IMG/VR virus record: IMGVR_UViG_3300010885_052266
Location: 36,880-100,879 of that record
Strand: one strand, 5' to 3'
From: a virus
Length of the DNA: 64,000 nt
This document shows, one piece after another, positions 42,281 to 52,400 of the stretch (positions are counted from its first letter, which is position 1; every line of letters begins with the position of its first letter). Below the pieces are notes generated by a model that saw nothing but the letters and a program-made list of their open reading frames with translations, was not told the DNA's origin and did no database searches. A program made the position numbers and the translations under genes.

Positions 42281-43516
42281 TCAGGCGAGGCTGTCTTGCA
42301 TCATGAGCGTGGTGTTCACCCAGGCGGACCCGGAACCGGCCGTGGACTTGCGATACCCGGCAAAGCCGTAAGAGCGCATGATGGCGCGGTCCGAGTCGGT
42401 GCGCTGGGCGGACACCAGGCGCATGCGCGGGAGATGCAGAGCCAGGAAATCGGCCCCGACCGCCGCCGAGTTCGGGATGACGACCGTGACCTCGACATCG
42501 TTCTGCTGGAAGAAGTCGTCGTCGAAATTGTCGTCCGTGGTCAGCATGGTGATAGTGCCGCGCACCCCCATCATCCCGGTGGAGATCTTCGGCACCCCAT
42601 CCGACGCCCCGATTGTCGGCACGGGCTGGAGCGCCTGGCTGATCTGGATGTTGAACCCGGTGATGTAACCGATGATCGCGCCGGCCGAACCGACGCGGTC
42701 ATAGACCACGGTTCCGTTTACCGGCCTGATGCCGTCCGCTGTGGATTCCGCCGTTGGGGTGGCGTAGACGCGGCTCCCGGCACGGACGAGCCTCTTCCCG
42801 GCCAAGCTTGCTTGCAGGTTCACGAACCCGTTGGGTTGAACGGCCAAGCCAATCGAACCGACCTTGAGGCCGAGGCCGAGACGCGAGCGGGCATTGGCCG
42901 CGTCCCAGTCTTCCATCGTGTAGGATCGCTGCACCTGGGCGGCGAGCAAAGGCTGGATCAGCGTCTTACCGGTAACCGTGACGACAACGGCTGCCTGACC
43001 GGACGCCCACGCCACCGCTATCGGGTTCGGCGCACAGGTCAGCACCGTCGCGGTGACGCCGTTTACAAACAGGTTGACGTTGTTCAGAACCGCCGGGGCG
43101 CCGGTGATGCCGCTCAATCGGATGGTGTGACCGATCTTGATGTTCGAGGTCAGGTAGTTTGACGTCGCCGACGTGATGGTGATCACAGTCCCGCTGGTGG
43201 TAAGGGCCGTGTCAGCCTTGGCCGACACCGTCGGGCCGGCGGTCCACGTGCCGCGCGTGACGCCCTCGAAAAGCTGCTTGTAGGTCCCTGGCGCGGCCTC
43301 GCCGGCAATGGTGCTGACAAGGCTCGGCACTCCGACAAACCCGTCGATTGCCTGAGCGTCGGGCAAGATCAACTGGCTCTGTGCCTCGGGGAGTTGATCC
43401 TCCAGCGTGAAGTTGGCGCGTCGGATGATCTGCCCCGGCCCCGATGCCTGGGTGCCGAAGGTCGACTCCTCGGCCAGAACGATGACCCGCTGATAACCGT
43501 CCGCATATTCTGTCAT
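42281..43516 (-). CDS. Major tail tube protein
   Basis: AEESTFGT, RSYTMEDW, inserted beta domain; lies between tail terminator and chaperone. Confidence 0.8.
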   Translation of the reverse strand: MTEYADGYQRVIVLAEESTFGTQASGPGQIIRRANFTLEDQLPEAQSQLILPDAQAIDGFVGVPSLVSTIAGEAAPGTYKQLFEGVTRGTWTAGPTVSAKADTALTTSGTVITITSATSNYLTSNIKIGHTIRLSGITGAPAVLNNVNLFVNGVTATVLTCAPNPIAVAWASGQAAVVVTVTGKTLIQPLLAAQVQRSYTMEDWDAANARSRLGLGLKVGSIGLAVQPNGFVNLQASLAGKRLVRAGSRVYATPTAESTADGIRPVNGTVVYDRVGSAGAIIGYITGFNIQISQALQPVPTIGASDGVPKISTGMMGVRGTITMLTTDDNFDDDFFQQNDVEVTVVIPNSAAVGADFLALHLPRMRLVSAQRTDSDRAIMRSYGFAGYRKSTAGSGSAWVNTTLMMQDSLA

Positions 43517-43526
43517 GTGCCGCTCC

Positions 43527-43943
43527 TCAGTCGGTGCCGTAAAAGACGACCAGGATCGGCACCGTGATCCAGTCCCCCGCTCTGATCTCGGGTTGCTCAG
43601 ACGCTGAAATCACCGTGAGAACGGGGCCGGTCTCCGTGACAATCGCCGTGCCCCGGGTGAAGTGGCGCGCTACGCGGCCCGCTATGGAATCAGCCATGTC
43701 GGCCCCCTCTGTCGCGGGCCGGTTCACGTTGATCTGATAGGTTCCGTCGATGCGGTGTGCCGTGCTCGCCCCGACCCCGAGCGGCGCGCGGACAAAAGCC
43801 GAGACCCGGCCCGTGATGTAGGGCACGCCGCCCTGCGGCTGGTACGGCACGCCACCGGTGATGATCGCAGCGCCGCCGGCATTGAACGTGGCGAGACGGG
43901 CATCGAACGCGCGCCGCACCGCGCCTTGCGTGGTCTGCACCAT
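43527..43943 (-). CDS. Tail terminator protein
   Basis: GTYQINVNRP..EGA...A.HF.RGT; synteny. Confidence 0.7.
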   Translation of the reverse strand: MVQTTQGAVRRAFDARLATFNAGGAAIITGGVPYQPQGGVPYITGRVSAFVRAPLGVGASTAHRIDGTYQINVNRPATEGADMADSIAGRVARHFTRGTAIVTETGPVLTVISASEQPEIRAGDWITVPILVVFYGTD

Positions 43944-44377
43944 CAGCCTGTTCCCCCGCCCTGTCCCTGGTCCGCCATGACGCGCTGGACCGCGCGGCGC
44001 GCGATTTCTGGCATGGCCGCCATGGTCTGCTGGGCCATGCCACGCCCGGGCTGGTCGAAATTCCGCCCCAGGCTGTCCTGACCCACGAAGCCGAACTCGA
44101 TCCGGCGCGCATAGACGACCGGGTTGACGATCAGGATGCGATCGCCGGCCCGTATGTGTTTTATGACTTCTTCGGGGCGCGGCACCCGACCCGGCAGGGG
44201 GATCGGGTCGTTGTTGCGCACGATGGTCCAGTTGGCCCGCAGGTAGCCGGTGTTGACCGGGGTCAGGGATTTGACATGGTTCACCGCGTCCAGCGCGATG
44301 GCTTGGAACGCGAGATCGGACCGAGCCTTGGCGGCCTGGACCCACTGCTCGACCGCAACGGAGAATTCCAGGGGCAT
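43943..44377 (-). CDS. HK97 gp10-like tail completion protein
   Basis: TPVNTGYLRANW, NPVVYARRIEFG. Confidence 0.8.
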   Translation of the reverse strand: MPLEFSVAVEQWVQAAKARSDLAFQAIALDAVNHVKSLTPVNTGYLRANWTIVRNNDPIPLPGRVPRPEEVIKHIRAGDRILIVNPVVYARRIEFGFVGQDSLGRNFDQPGRGMAQQTMAAMPEIARRAVQRVMADQGQGGGTG

Positions 44378-44985
44378 TACCGGGCCTGCACGTCCCAGGC
44401 GCTGGTCAGCACACCCCAGAAGACCGGCCGGACATTGACCACGGTGCGCCATGCTTCATCGACGTAGAGCTGCTGGTCCATGAGCGGCTTCGTCGTGTTG
44501 AAGGACGGCATCCTGACGAACAGGTCGCCGGCCAGGATACGATCGTTCGTCATGCTGATCGGCGCGCCCGTGAGAACGACCCAAACCTGCTGGTCGGCCA
44601 CCCAGGTCGGCACGATCACGGCGCCATCGGCCTGGTTGGATGGCAGCGGGGCGGCGAGGGAGACGGCGGCGAACCCCGGGTTTGGCGTGACGCTCGGGTC
44701 CATGGACGGGAGCCGGGCAGTCGCCGTGGCGGAGACGGTGATCGGATCGAGTGCACCGATCTTCAGCTTGTCGCCCGCAATGATACGGCCCGTGGCCTGG
44801 CCGGCCCGGATCGCGATGGTGGTGGCGCCGGACGAGTGGTTCCCATCAAGCACTGGCGAGACCAGCACGGCCGGGTTCGGCGAGACGCCGTTGACCAGCG
44901 TGGTCCGGCGCAGCGTCACCCGAGTCCCGCGTCGCTCGACCGCGTCAGCGTAGCGGCGGATGATGGTATCGTCGCCGGTCGTCAC
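44377..44985 (-). CDS. Head-closure/neck protein with inserted beta domain
   Basis: GTG overlaps upstream stop; GTRVTLRR...ILAGD...WDVQAR. Confidence 0.6.
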   Translation of the reverse strand: MTTGDDTIIRRYADAVERRGTRVTLRRTTLVNGVSPNPAVLVSPVLDGNHSSGATTIAIRAGQATGRIIAGDKLKIGALDPITVSATATARLPSMDPSVTPNPGFAAVSLAAPLPSNQADGAVIVPTWVADQQVWVVLTGAPISMTNDRILAGDLFVRMPSFNTTKPLMDQQLYVDEAWRTVVNVRPVFWGVLTSAWDVQAR

Positions 44986-45536
44986 GAGACCCAGGCCCGC
45001 GATACCGAGCCTTGCAGCAGGGAGACCGCTTGTGGTGGCACCGAGCCTGGACCGGTCGGCCAGAAGCCGGCCCCGCCGACACCGACCCAGGACTCGCTGG
45101 TGGCGTTCATGTCGATCTTCCTGGCGTCCCACATGGCCTTGACCGTGTATTTCGTGGCCAGCTTCACGGTCGCGGGAACAGCGTCCTCGCCGCCGGAAAA
45201 CACCACGGTCACGTTCTTGATCCCGCGCGGGAACTTGCCCTGCTTCCAGATGACCATGTGATCGTCGAACGTGAGCTGCGCGACCGGGATCGCGCTCTGC
45301 CCGTCGATCGTCACCGATGTCAGGGACCGGATCGGCCAGCCATTGACCGGCAGGGTCGGCCCACCCCCGCCGCTCAGGGCCTCGGTGCGGGTCGCTTGGA
45401 GGAGACTGCGCCGGCCCAGGATGTGCAGGCACTCATCCGATGCGGCCGTGACCAGGGTCGCGATCAGCGCGTCCCTGGCCGAGTCCGTGATGTCCAGCCA
45501 ATCCTTGGCTTCGGCGAGGGTGATCAGATCCGGCAC
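44982..45536 (-). CDS. Head-tail connector (gp6-like adaptor)
   Basis: LITLAEAKDWL...DALIATLVTAAS...FPRGIKNVTV...VP. Confidence 0.8.
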   Translation of the reverse strand: MPDLITLAEAKDWLDITDSARDALIATLVTAASDECLHILGRRSLLQATRTEALSGGGGPTLPVNGWPIRSLTSVTIDGQSAIPVAQLTFDDHMVIWKQGKFPRGIKNVTVVFSGGEDAVPATVKLATKYTVKAMWDARKIDMNATSESWVGVGGAGFWPTGPGSVPPQAVSLLQGSVSRAWVS

Positions 45537-45541
45537 AGGGG

Positions 45542-46117
45542 TTATTCAGCCTTCGGCGTGTCGGTCGTGATGGCCCCAGCCGCGATCTCATTGGCGATCG
45601 GCGGCGTCTCTGGTTCGATGACCAGCCCATGCGGATCGAAGGTGAGGGTAGCGGCCTCGGCATCCGGCGTGTCGGGGCGAGGCTTCGATTTTCGCCCGGG
45701 GGCGCCGCCTTTCTTTGCACCCGGGGCATCACGTCCGCCCGCGCCAGTCGCGTCATCGCTGGGAGGTTCTGATAGCGCTGGGGCAGAGCCGGCGGACGGT
45801 TCGCGCTCATCGAGCGTATTGACCACCAGTTCGCGCAGATATGGGAGCGTGGCGCGCCCGTCGAGGACAACGCCGTGCATCCGCAGCAGCTCGCGGAGCA
45901 GGCGCTTCTCGGCCAAGGGGTCGCCCGCGACCTCGGCATCTCGGGCGTGGACCGGTTCCGCGATGCCTTTGAGGTTGTGATGATGGGGTGATTCGAGATC
46001 GCTGTAGACCTCGGGGGGAAGCCCGTCGGGAACGGTGATCTGGTCGTCGTCATCGCCGACGAACGACATGCCCTGCACCGAAACCGAGGCGACGCCTGGT
46101 GGTAGCTGATATCGCAT
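45542..46117 (-). CDS. Hypothetical head-associated protein
   Basis: Between capsid and adaptor; RBS GAGG. Confidence 0.6.
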   Translation of the reverse strand: MRYQLPPGVASVSVQGMSFVGDDDDQITVPDGLPPEVYSDLESPHHHNLKGIAEPVHARDAEVAGDPLAEKRLLRELLRMHGVVLDGRATLPYLRELVVNTLDEREPSAGSAPALSEPPSDDATGAGGRDAPGAKKGGAPGRKSKPRPDTPDAEAATLTFDPHGLVIEPETPPIANEIAAGAITTDTPKAE

Positions 46118-46136
46118 TGCTGCCTCACTGCGAGTG

Positions 46137-46170
46137 AAAAGAAGGCGAGGAGCGGATCACCGCCCCTCGC
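46137..46170 (-). terminator. Terminator after major capsid gene
   Basis: GCGAGGGGCGG-tgat-CCGCTCCTCGC then CTTCTTTT. Confidence 0.75.
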
Positions 46171-46180
46171 AAGCCGAGGA

Positions 46181-47656
46181 TCAGGCGGCGGACAGGTTGG
46201 TGATGATCCCCATCGACGGCGGGAAATAGTGCTGCAACACTTGGTTCGAGTAGACGCCATACTCGTAGGAGCGGGTTCGAATGGGCCATTCGACTTGGTG
46301 ATAGTCACGCAACGTCTTGATTTGCAGAATGTTGTTGACGTTGTTCATGGCGTAGGGAAGCGTGTTGGTCAGGAACATCACCGTGCCCGGCGGCATGTGG
46401 GGATGTTGCGTGATCGTCAGCGACTTCTGAGTCCCGTACGCGTTGGTGTACCCCAGCGGCGCCGCTGCCCCGATGACCTGCCCTTGCGGATTGAAGGTGA
46501 AGGTGAAGCGCGCGAGAGATGTTGCCGCCCCCTGCTGCACCATAATCTTCTTCAGGGTCGTGACTTCCTGCGTCGAGATCAGGATTTCATCCGGAACCAG
46601 GCGATGGGTGTCGTACCAGTAGCGGAGCGCGTCATCGAACTCGACGATGCCGCCCGCGCCGTCTGGGGTCAGCGACGAGCCGGCCGTCACCGCCTTGTAG
46701 TACGCCCCCATGGCGGTCTTGCCGACCATCCCCAGCAATCCGTCGTGGATCAGCGAGTCGGCCGAGAAGTCGAACGCGGTCAGGAGCGAAGCCAGCTGCG
46801 TGCCGCTTGGCAATGCCGTGATCACGGCCTGCGACACGGTGGTGATGGAGTGGAACCGCTCCGCCCCCGCCGTTCCCGCGTACCACGCATAGCCGCACGC
46901 GCCGCGCAGTGGGGTCACCTTGGCCGTCACCATGTTGGCCGAACCGGAGGCCGTTGCCGCCGAACCAGCCGCGGACGGGAGCGCCGTGCCACCGTTGATC
47001 GTCTCGACGGTGCCGTCCATGTTCTGGCGCTGGAACTGCTGGACGATCGACGATGTGCCGTTGAAGCGGCGCCACGCGTCGAAGGTCAGAGCGACACAGA
47101 TCACAGAGACAGTGGTCGGGTGGGCGATGGTCCCGCCGGAGGTCGCAACCGTCAGGCTTGGCGTCGGGGTCTGGCCGATCGGGTTGGTCGCATTGGCGCC
47201 GAGGATGATCTTCTCCTCCTCCTCGAACATGGAGTTCGTCAGCCCCATGACCGCACGGGCGCGGATGTCATCGAACCCTTGCGCCTGTTCTTCCGCCGTC
47301 ATCGTGGCGGACGATTCAAGGCCGATGGTTCGATACGCGGCATAGTATTCCGCAGTAACGGCATCGATCTGGCCACCACGGCGACCGTCACTGATACCTG
47401 CGTTGATCTGGTTGCTGTTATACTTCAAAATAGCCTTCCAGTTTGCTTGCGATCCCCCGACACCGGCCACTCGCGGGATTCTGTTCCGCAGCGGCGAGTT
47501 CCATGGGACCAGGTTCTTCACGGCCTGATCTAGGTCGTAAGTCTGGAGGCCCTGGGTCGGATTGGAATTGGCGGTGAAGGTCGCGGCCTTTGCCAGATCG
47601 CCCGCGCTCTTCGAGAGCGCATTGCGGACCAGGGCCAGGGTTTCAGCAGTACTCAT
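46181..47656 (-). CDS. Major capsid protein
   Basis: YDL...LVP..SPLRNRIPRV.G.G, EEEKIILG, HPHMPPGT, YHQVEWP...YEYGVY; synteny. Confidence 0.85.
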   Translation of the reverse strand: MSTAETLALVRNALSKSAGDLAKAATFTANSNPTQGLQTYDLDQAVKNLVPWNSPLRNRIPRVAGVGGSQANWKAILKYNSNQINAGISDGRRGGQIDAVTAEYYAAYRTIGLESSATMTAEEQAQGFDDIRARAVMGLTNSMFEEEEKIILGANATNPIGQTPTPSLTVATSGGTIAHPTTVSVICVALTFDAWRRFNGTSSIVQQFQRQNMDGTVETINGGTALPSAAGSAATASGSANMVTAKVTPLRGACGYAWYAGTAGAERFHSITTVSQAVITALPSGTQLASLLTAFDFSADSLIHDGLLGMVGKTAMGAYYKAVTAGSSLTPDGAGGIVEFDDALRYWYDTHRLVPDEILISTQEVTTLKKIMVQQGAATSLARFTFTFNPQGQVIGAAAPLGYTNAYGTQKSLTITQHPHMPPGTVMFLTNTLPYAMNNVNNILQIKTLRDYHQVEWPIRTRSYEYGVYSNQVLQHYFPPSMGIITNLSAA

Positions 47657-47759
47657 ATCACATCTCGATGTGACTTAAAGCCGCGACCCGACGGCGTAGA
47701 TGGGCCGGTCCTGTTGCTCTTCAGGGGTTTGACGAGCGCGCCGCGATCACTCGCTGGCA

Positions 47760-47864
47760 CGGCTCAGGCGCCGGGGCCGGTGTACCCGTGTCAAGGACAC
47801 ATTTTTATGTTTTTGAGGATAAAATTCCGGGCAAAGAAAAACGGCGGCTTTGGGAGCCGCCGTT
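47760..47864 (-). promoter_or_regulatory. Terminator after scaffold, then putative capsid promoter
   Basis: AACGGCGGC-tcccaaa-GCCGCCGTT-TTT hairpin, then A-rich tract and TTGACA on -; -10 box not clear. Confidence 0.5.
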
Positions 47865-47887
47865 ATCTCAGCGCGAGGGTCGAAGGA

Positions 47888-49405
47888 TCAGCGGTACTTG
47901 GCGAGTGCTACCTCGGGCGGTGTGCCGCGCTGGATTTTGTAGAGTGCCACAGCCCTGTCGTTCGGGTCCGTCATCTTCTCAAGCGTGTCCGCGATGGCCT
48001 CCTCGGTCATCGCGTCGGGATCGCCGCCGGTATCGACCTGCTTCTCCAGCTTGCCCCCCTTGCCCAGGACGGCTTTCGGCACCTGCGGCAGCCCCATCAC
48101 CTTTTCGAGCGTGGCGGTCAGGCTGGTCACCTGCCTCTGCAGTTCGGTGACCGCCGGGTCTCGCTTTGCCAATGTGCCGGTCGGGGCAGCCTTGGCGAAC
48201 GGGTTCTTTTTCTTCTTGTCCTCTTCGCTTTCACCGTCCGCGCCGGCCGTCGGTTCTTCCTTGTCCGCGCCGTCGCCCTGATCTTGCTCGGCGCCCTGCT
48301 CCGCGCCAGCCATTTGGTCCGGATCGTCTCCGGTCGCCGCAGGGTCAGCACCCGCATCGCCGCCTTGCAGCTGGCCCAACACGCCGTCGAGCTGGATCAG
48401 GGCTGCCGAGAGGCAGCGGCCGACGATGTGCAGAGCGCCGATCATGTCGGTCGGCTCTTCCTCGCCCTCGGCCGCCTCGTCGTCCGGCGCACCTTGTCCG
48501 CCTGGGGCACCCCCACCGGCACCACCCGTCATGCTGGGGTCCAACTTGCTGAGCTTGTCGTCACCATCGGGCTCGAACAGCTTGTTCAGCGCGGCCTCTT
48601 CCACGCCCACGGCCAGCAGCACACCGCATGCCTGATCCAGCATGGCCTGATCCAGCACGTCGGGATGGGTCGCGAACTTGGCCAGCTCCTCGGGCAGCGC
48701 CGTCATCAGCCTGACATCCGCGCCGTCGGCGGATTTCACCACCAGTTCCTGCATGCCATCGGGAGGGTCGTCATCGGTCAGGATGTCGACATGCTCATTG
48801 ACCGCGGCCCGCATCGCCAGTTCCGCGCCAGCCAGGCAGTAATCGAGATACGCCTCGACTTCCTCGGACGGCGTGTCGGTGGCCTCCTTGCCGCCCCCCG
48901 GTGCAGCGTTGCCGTACCACTCCTTGCCTTCCTTGATCGCGGCGATGTCGGCGGCGAGGCGGGAGACCATATTTGCGATGCGTCCGACCGTACCCATCCC
49001 CTTGAACAAGGGATCGGCTTCCTCGGGCGCCATCTTCGCGAGCGCATCGGCGACGACCGCCTCCTGCTCATCACTGATCGCCTCGGTCAAAGCATCGGTG
49101 AACTCGGTGAAGCTCTTTGCCAGCAGCTCGTCGCGGTCGTCACCGCCGGCGCCTACAATGTCCGTCACGCTCCTCGAAAGCGTGTCGACCATCGCCTGGA
49201 GGGTCGCGTCGGGCATACCAATGTCCTTCTTTAGTGTGGATGTGCCGTCCTTCGCCTTCGCGCGTCTGTTCCGGACGGCCCGCAACAAGCGCATGTTCAG
49301 GAGATGGCTGGTCGCCGGGACAAGGTGCTTCACCTTGCGCTCCAGATCGTAGCCTTGCAGGCCAACGGTCGGATTGGGATTGGCGGAGAAGGTGGCGCCG
49401 CTCAT
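47888..49405 (-). CDS. Acidic scaffold-like head protein (alternative start 49216)
   Basis: D/E/A-rich, directly before capsid; about 14 L-x-K motifs. Confidence 0.7.
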   Translation of the reverse strand: MSGATFSANPNPTVGLQGYDLERKVKHLVPATSHLLNMRLLRAVRNRRAKAKDGTSTLKKDIGMPDATLQAMVDTLSRSVTDIVGAGGDDRDELLAKSFTEFTDALTEAISDEQEAVVADALAKMAPEEADPLFKGMGTVGRIANMVSRLAADIAAIKEGKEWYGNAAPGGGKEATDTPSEEVEAYLDYCLAGAELAMRAAVNEHVDILTDDDPPDGMQELVVKSADGADVRLMTALPEELAKFATHPDVLDQAMLDQACGVLLAVGVEEAALNKLFEPDGDDKLSKLDPSMTGGAGGGAPGGQGAPDDEAAEGEEEPTDMIGALHIVGRCLSAALIQLDGVLGQLQGGDAGADPAATGDDPDQMAGAEQGAEQDQGDGADKEEPTAGADGESEEDKKKKNPFAKAAPTGTLAKRDPAVTELQRQVTSLTATLEKVMGLPQVPKAVLGKGGKLEKQVDTGGDPDAMTEEAIADTLEKMTDPNDRAVALYKIQRGTPPEVALAKYR

Positions 49406-52400
49406 TCGGCTGGCCCCGAGAAACGGGTCATGGCGCGCTGCACTGCATTCGGATCGTATCCGGTGAACCAGGAGTGCGCGGCCCGCCCGAGTTCGGCCCC
49501 GGCCCATGATCCCGCGACCCCGCCGGCAAAGGCGCCGACGCCCCCGGCAAACCCTCCGGCGATGCCCCCGATCGTGCTACCCACGATCTGCCCCCCGGTC
49601 TCCGCCGCCATTCGACCCAGGGAGAATTCTTCCTCGACGCGCTCCGGTACGGGCTTCCCCGCGACGCGATACGCGGCTCGGGCCGCCGCATCCCCGGCAA
49701 AGTTCCCAACCGCGCCGCCGACCGCTGCCGCGGCCAGTTTGACCCCGGCTGACACGATCTGCGCCGGCCCAGGGAGGAACCGCTCGGCGATCGACATGGC
49801 GGCCCCGGCAGGAAAACCCGCCGCGACCTTGCTCGCCAGTTTGTTCGCAACCCCCACAACGGCCTGCTTTCCCGCCAGGTGATGCGCGCCTTGTTCGGCC
49901 AGGCGCTCCCCCGCGATGGCCGATACCTCGGTCGTGACGATATCGGCCTTCTTTCCCGCTACCGCACCCAGGAATCGGCTCGCGATCTCCGACGCCGCCT
50001 CCATCCCGGCGTTGTATCCCAGTTCACCGGAAATCCGGACCGGGTGGAGGCTCCCCATCGGGGCAGCGGCGACGGGTTTCGGGGCAGCGGCGACGGGTTT
50101 CGGGCGAGCATGCCGGACCATAGCGGCCCGACCCGGCGTCTGTCGGCGCTGAGTGGGTTGCCGCGGCGCTCCGGCCGATCCGCCGCCCGCGGGCGCAAAC
50201 TCACCGCCCTCGGAACTGCCCGCGCCGTGGCGCTGGTGCTTGGTTGAGTCGAACGCCTTGATCAGATCGTCGATGTCGTCCAGCTTCTCGACGCGGGCGG
50301 CCCGCTTGAGCTTCCGCGCTTCCGCGTCCAGTGAGTCATACAGGGCCGCGTCGGTTTCCCAGTGGCCTTCCTTGATGTGGTCCGCCGCGTTTCGACGCGA
50401 CTCCTGGCTCGATCCGGCGAACGCGTTCAGCGCATTCGCCGCGACGGTGACCGAGTCCTGCAAGCCAAGGCCGTGGACGCGCCCGACATGGGACGCTAAG
50501 ACCTTCACGACGTTCTGCACGTCCCGGTTCGATCCGGGCCAGTTGTTCGTGAGGGACCGCCCGAACCGGTTCGCGTGCCCCGCTGTCAGGTTTTCGAACT
50601 CTTCGTCGTCCCAGTCCTTCGGCTGACTGGCCGACTTCCGGACATTGTCCCGCACGCTCGGCCCGGCATCACCTTGCCCCGGGTTGCCCTGGCGCTGCTC
50701 TCCGCCCTGGCTCTGGCCTGCGATCTTCTTGTGGATCCCGAGCATCGTCTCCGGGGACAAGCCTTTCTGCACACCAACGATGTGCGCGGCCCGGTGCAGG
50801 TTCGCCTTTTCCTCGCGGTTCGGGTTGAACCGCAGCGCGCGATCCATCTCTGACGTCAAAGCGCGAGCGATCGCGCCCCTGTCGTCGGTGTTGAAGTCGG
50901 CCGCGTTCGGGAAGATCGAGTGATGGTTTCGAGGGACCTCGTTGGCCTTGGCCCGATTGGTCAGCAGGACGTAGCGCTGCTGCGGGGTCAGGACCTGCGC
51001 CTCATTGGCGAACAGCGATTTCAGCGCATGGAAATATGTGCGCTGATCATCACCACCCTTCTTGTCCGGCGTGAGATACAGGTTCTCGATATGCTGGCGC
51101 ACGGGCTGGCTCGCGCCCTTCGCGTCGCTGCCCATCTTGAGGTAGGCGACCCGCACATCGCCGGCGCCTGGGATGTTCTCCCGCACGATCGCGCCGGCCT
51201 TGCCGATCTCCGACAGGGCGCTCTTGACCATGTCCTTCACGGCCTGCGGCAGATTGTGGAGATCGCCGGTATCGAGCGCGCCACCGCCGCCTCCGCCGCC
51301 TCCGCCGCCCTCGGGACGTTCCCAGCGCCCGTCGCGGAGCGCGCCCTTGACTTGCGACATCTTGCCGCCCGACACGATCGGCCTGACCTGACCGTTCGTG
51401 CTGTCCTGTCGCTCGCCGTAGACGACGATTCGCTCGCCCTTTTCGGTGGGGTGCGGCGCGGTCAGGGCGGAGAACGACGCGCCGGTCAGCGCATTGGTGT
51501 CGGTTTCGATACTCAGGCCACGCGGGAACGGAGCCGGGGTCTTGCCGTCCTCCGGGCCGAGCACTCTGTCCTTGCCCCAGTTGAAGAGGTCCTTTGCCCC
51601 ATCCCCCGCCAACCCGATCAAGCCGATATTGCGGGTGGTTTTGATCCACGACGGCGAGAATCCACCCTTGCCGTCGGGCGTGAAGAATAGTTCGTGCGCC
51701 AGATCGGTCGCACCCGCGCGCGCCAGAGCCGTCTTGTCCGCGGCAAACGCGGCAAGGCGCTGCATGGTCGGGCGTTGCAGGAAGTCCCGAGCCGCCCCGG
51801 TCATCTGGGCCGTGGCCTGGCGCAGATCCTGCCGGATGTCAGCCGCCAGGGACTCCGGCATCAGGCGGATGCGCGAGCCAGGGGCCGGGTTGTCGAGCGC
51901 GTTCTGGTAATCGGTCACCGCCGAAGCGCGCCGGGCCCGCGCCAGGGCCAGTTCGCCACTGACCTCGTCCCAGGATGCTGTGGCGGCCGAGACGCGAGAA
52001 TCCAGGTCGGCCCGGACCGTCGGATCGATGTTCCTGCCGCGCAGAGCCGCCCGGGCATCCCGTACGGTTTGCAGCTCGCGCTGGACCTGGGACGCCTTGC
52101 GCTGGAGGCCCCGCACCTCGCGATGCAGCGCGGCCACTTTGGCCGTGGCGGACTTTGCCCCGCGCGGAACGCCGTGGGCCTCGGACATAACGGCAAGCGC
52201 GCCGAGGTTTCGGTTGGCCCGCTCCGCGATCATCTGGGCCTGCTTGCCCCGCGTCTCGGCAACAGTGGCATCGAAGACCCGCGCCGCCTTGTCCCTGGCC
52301 TTGGCACTGATGTCGGAGATGATCACGGCCTGATCCATGGCGGACGCGGCCGGGATTTTCTTGCCGGTGATCGGCGATACGATCCCGGCGCCGGCATCCT

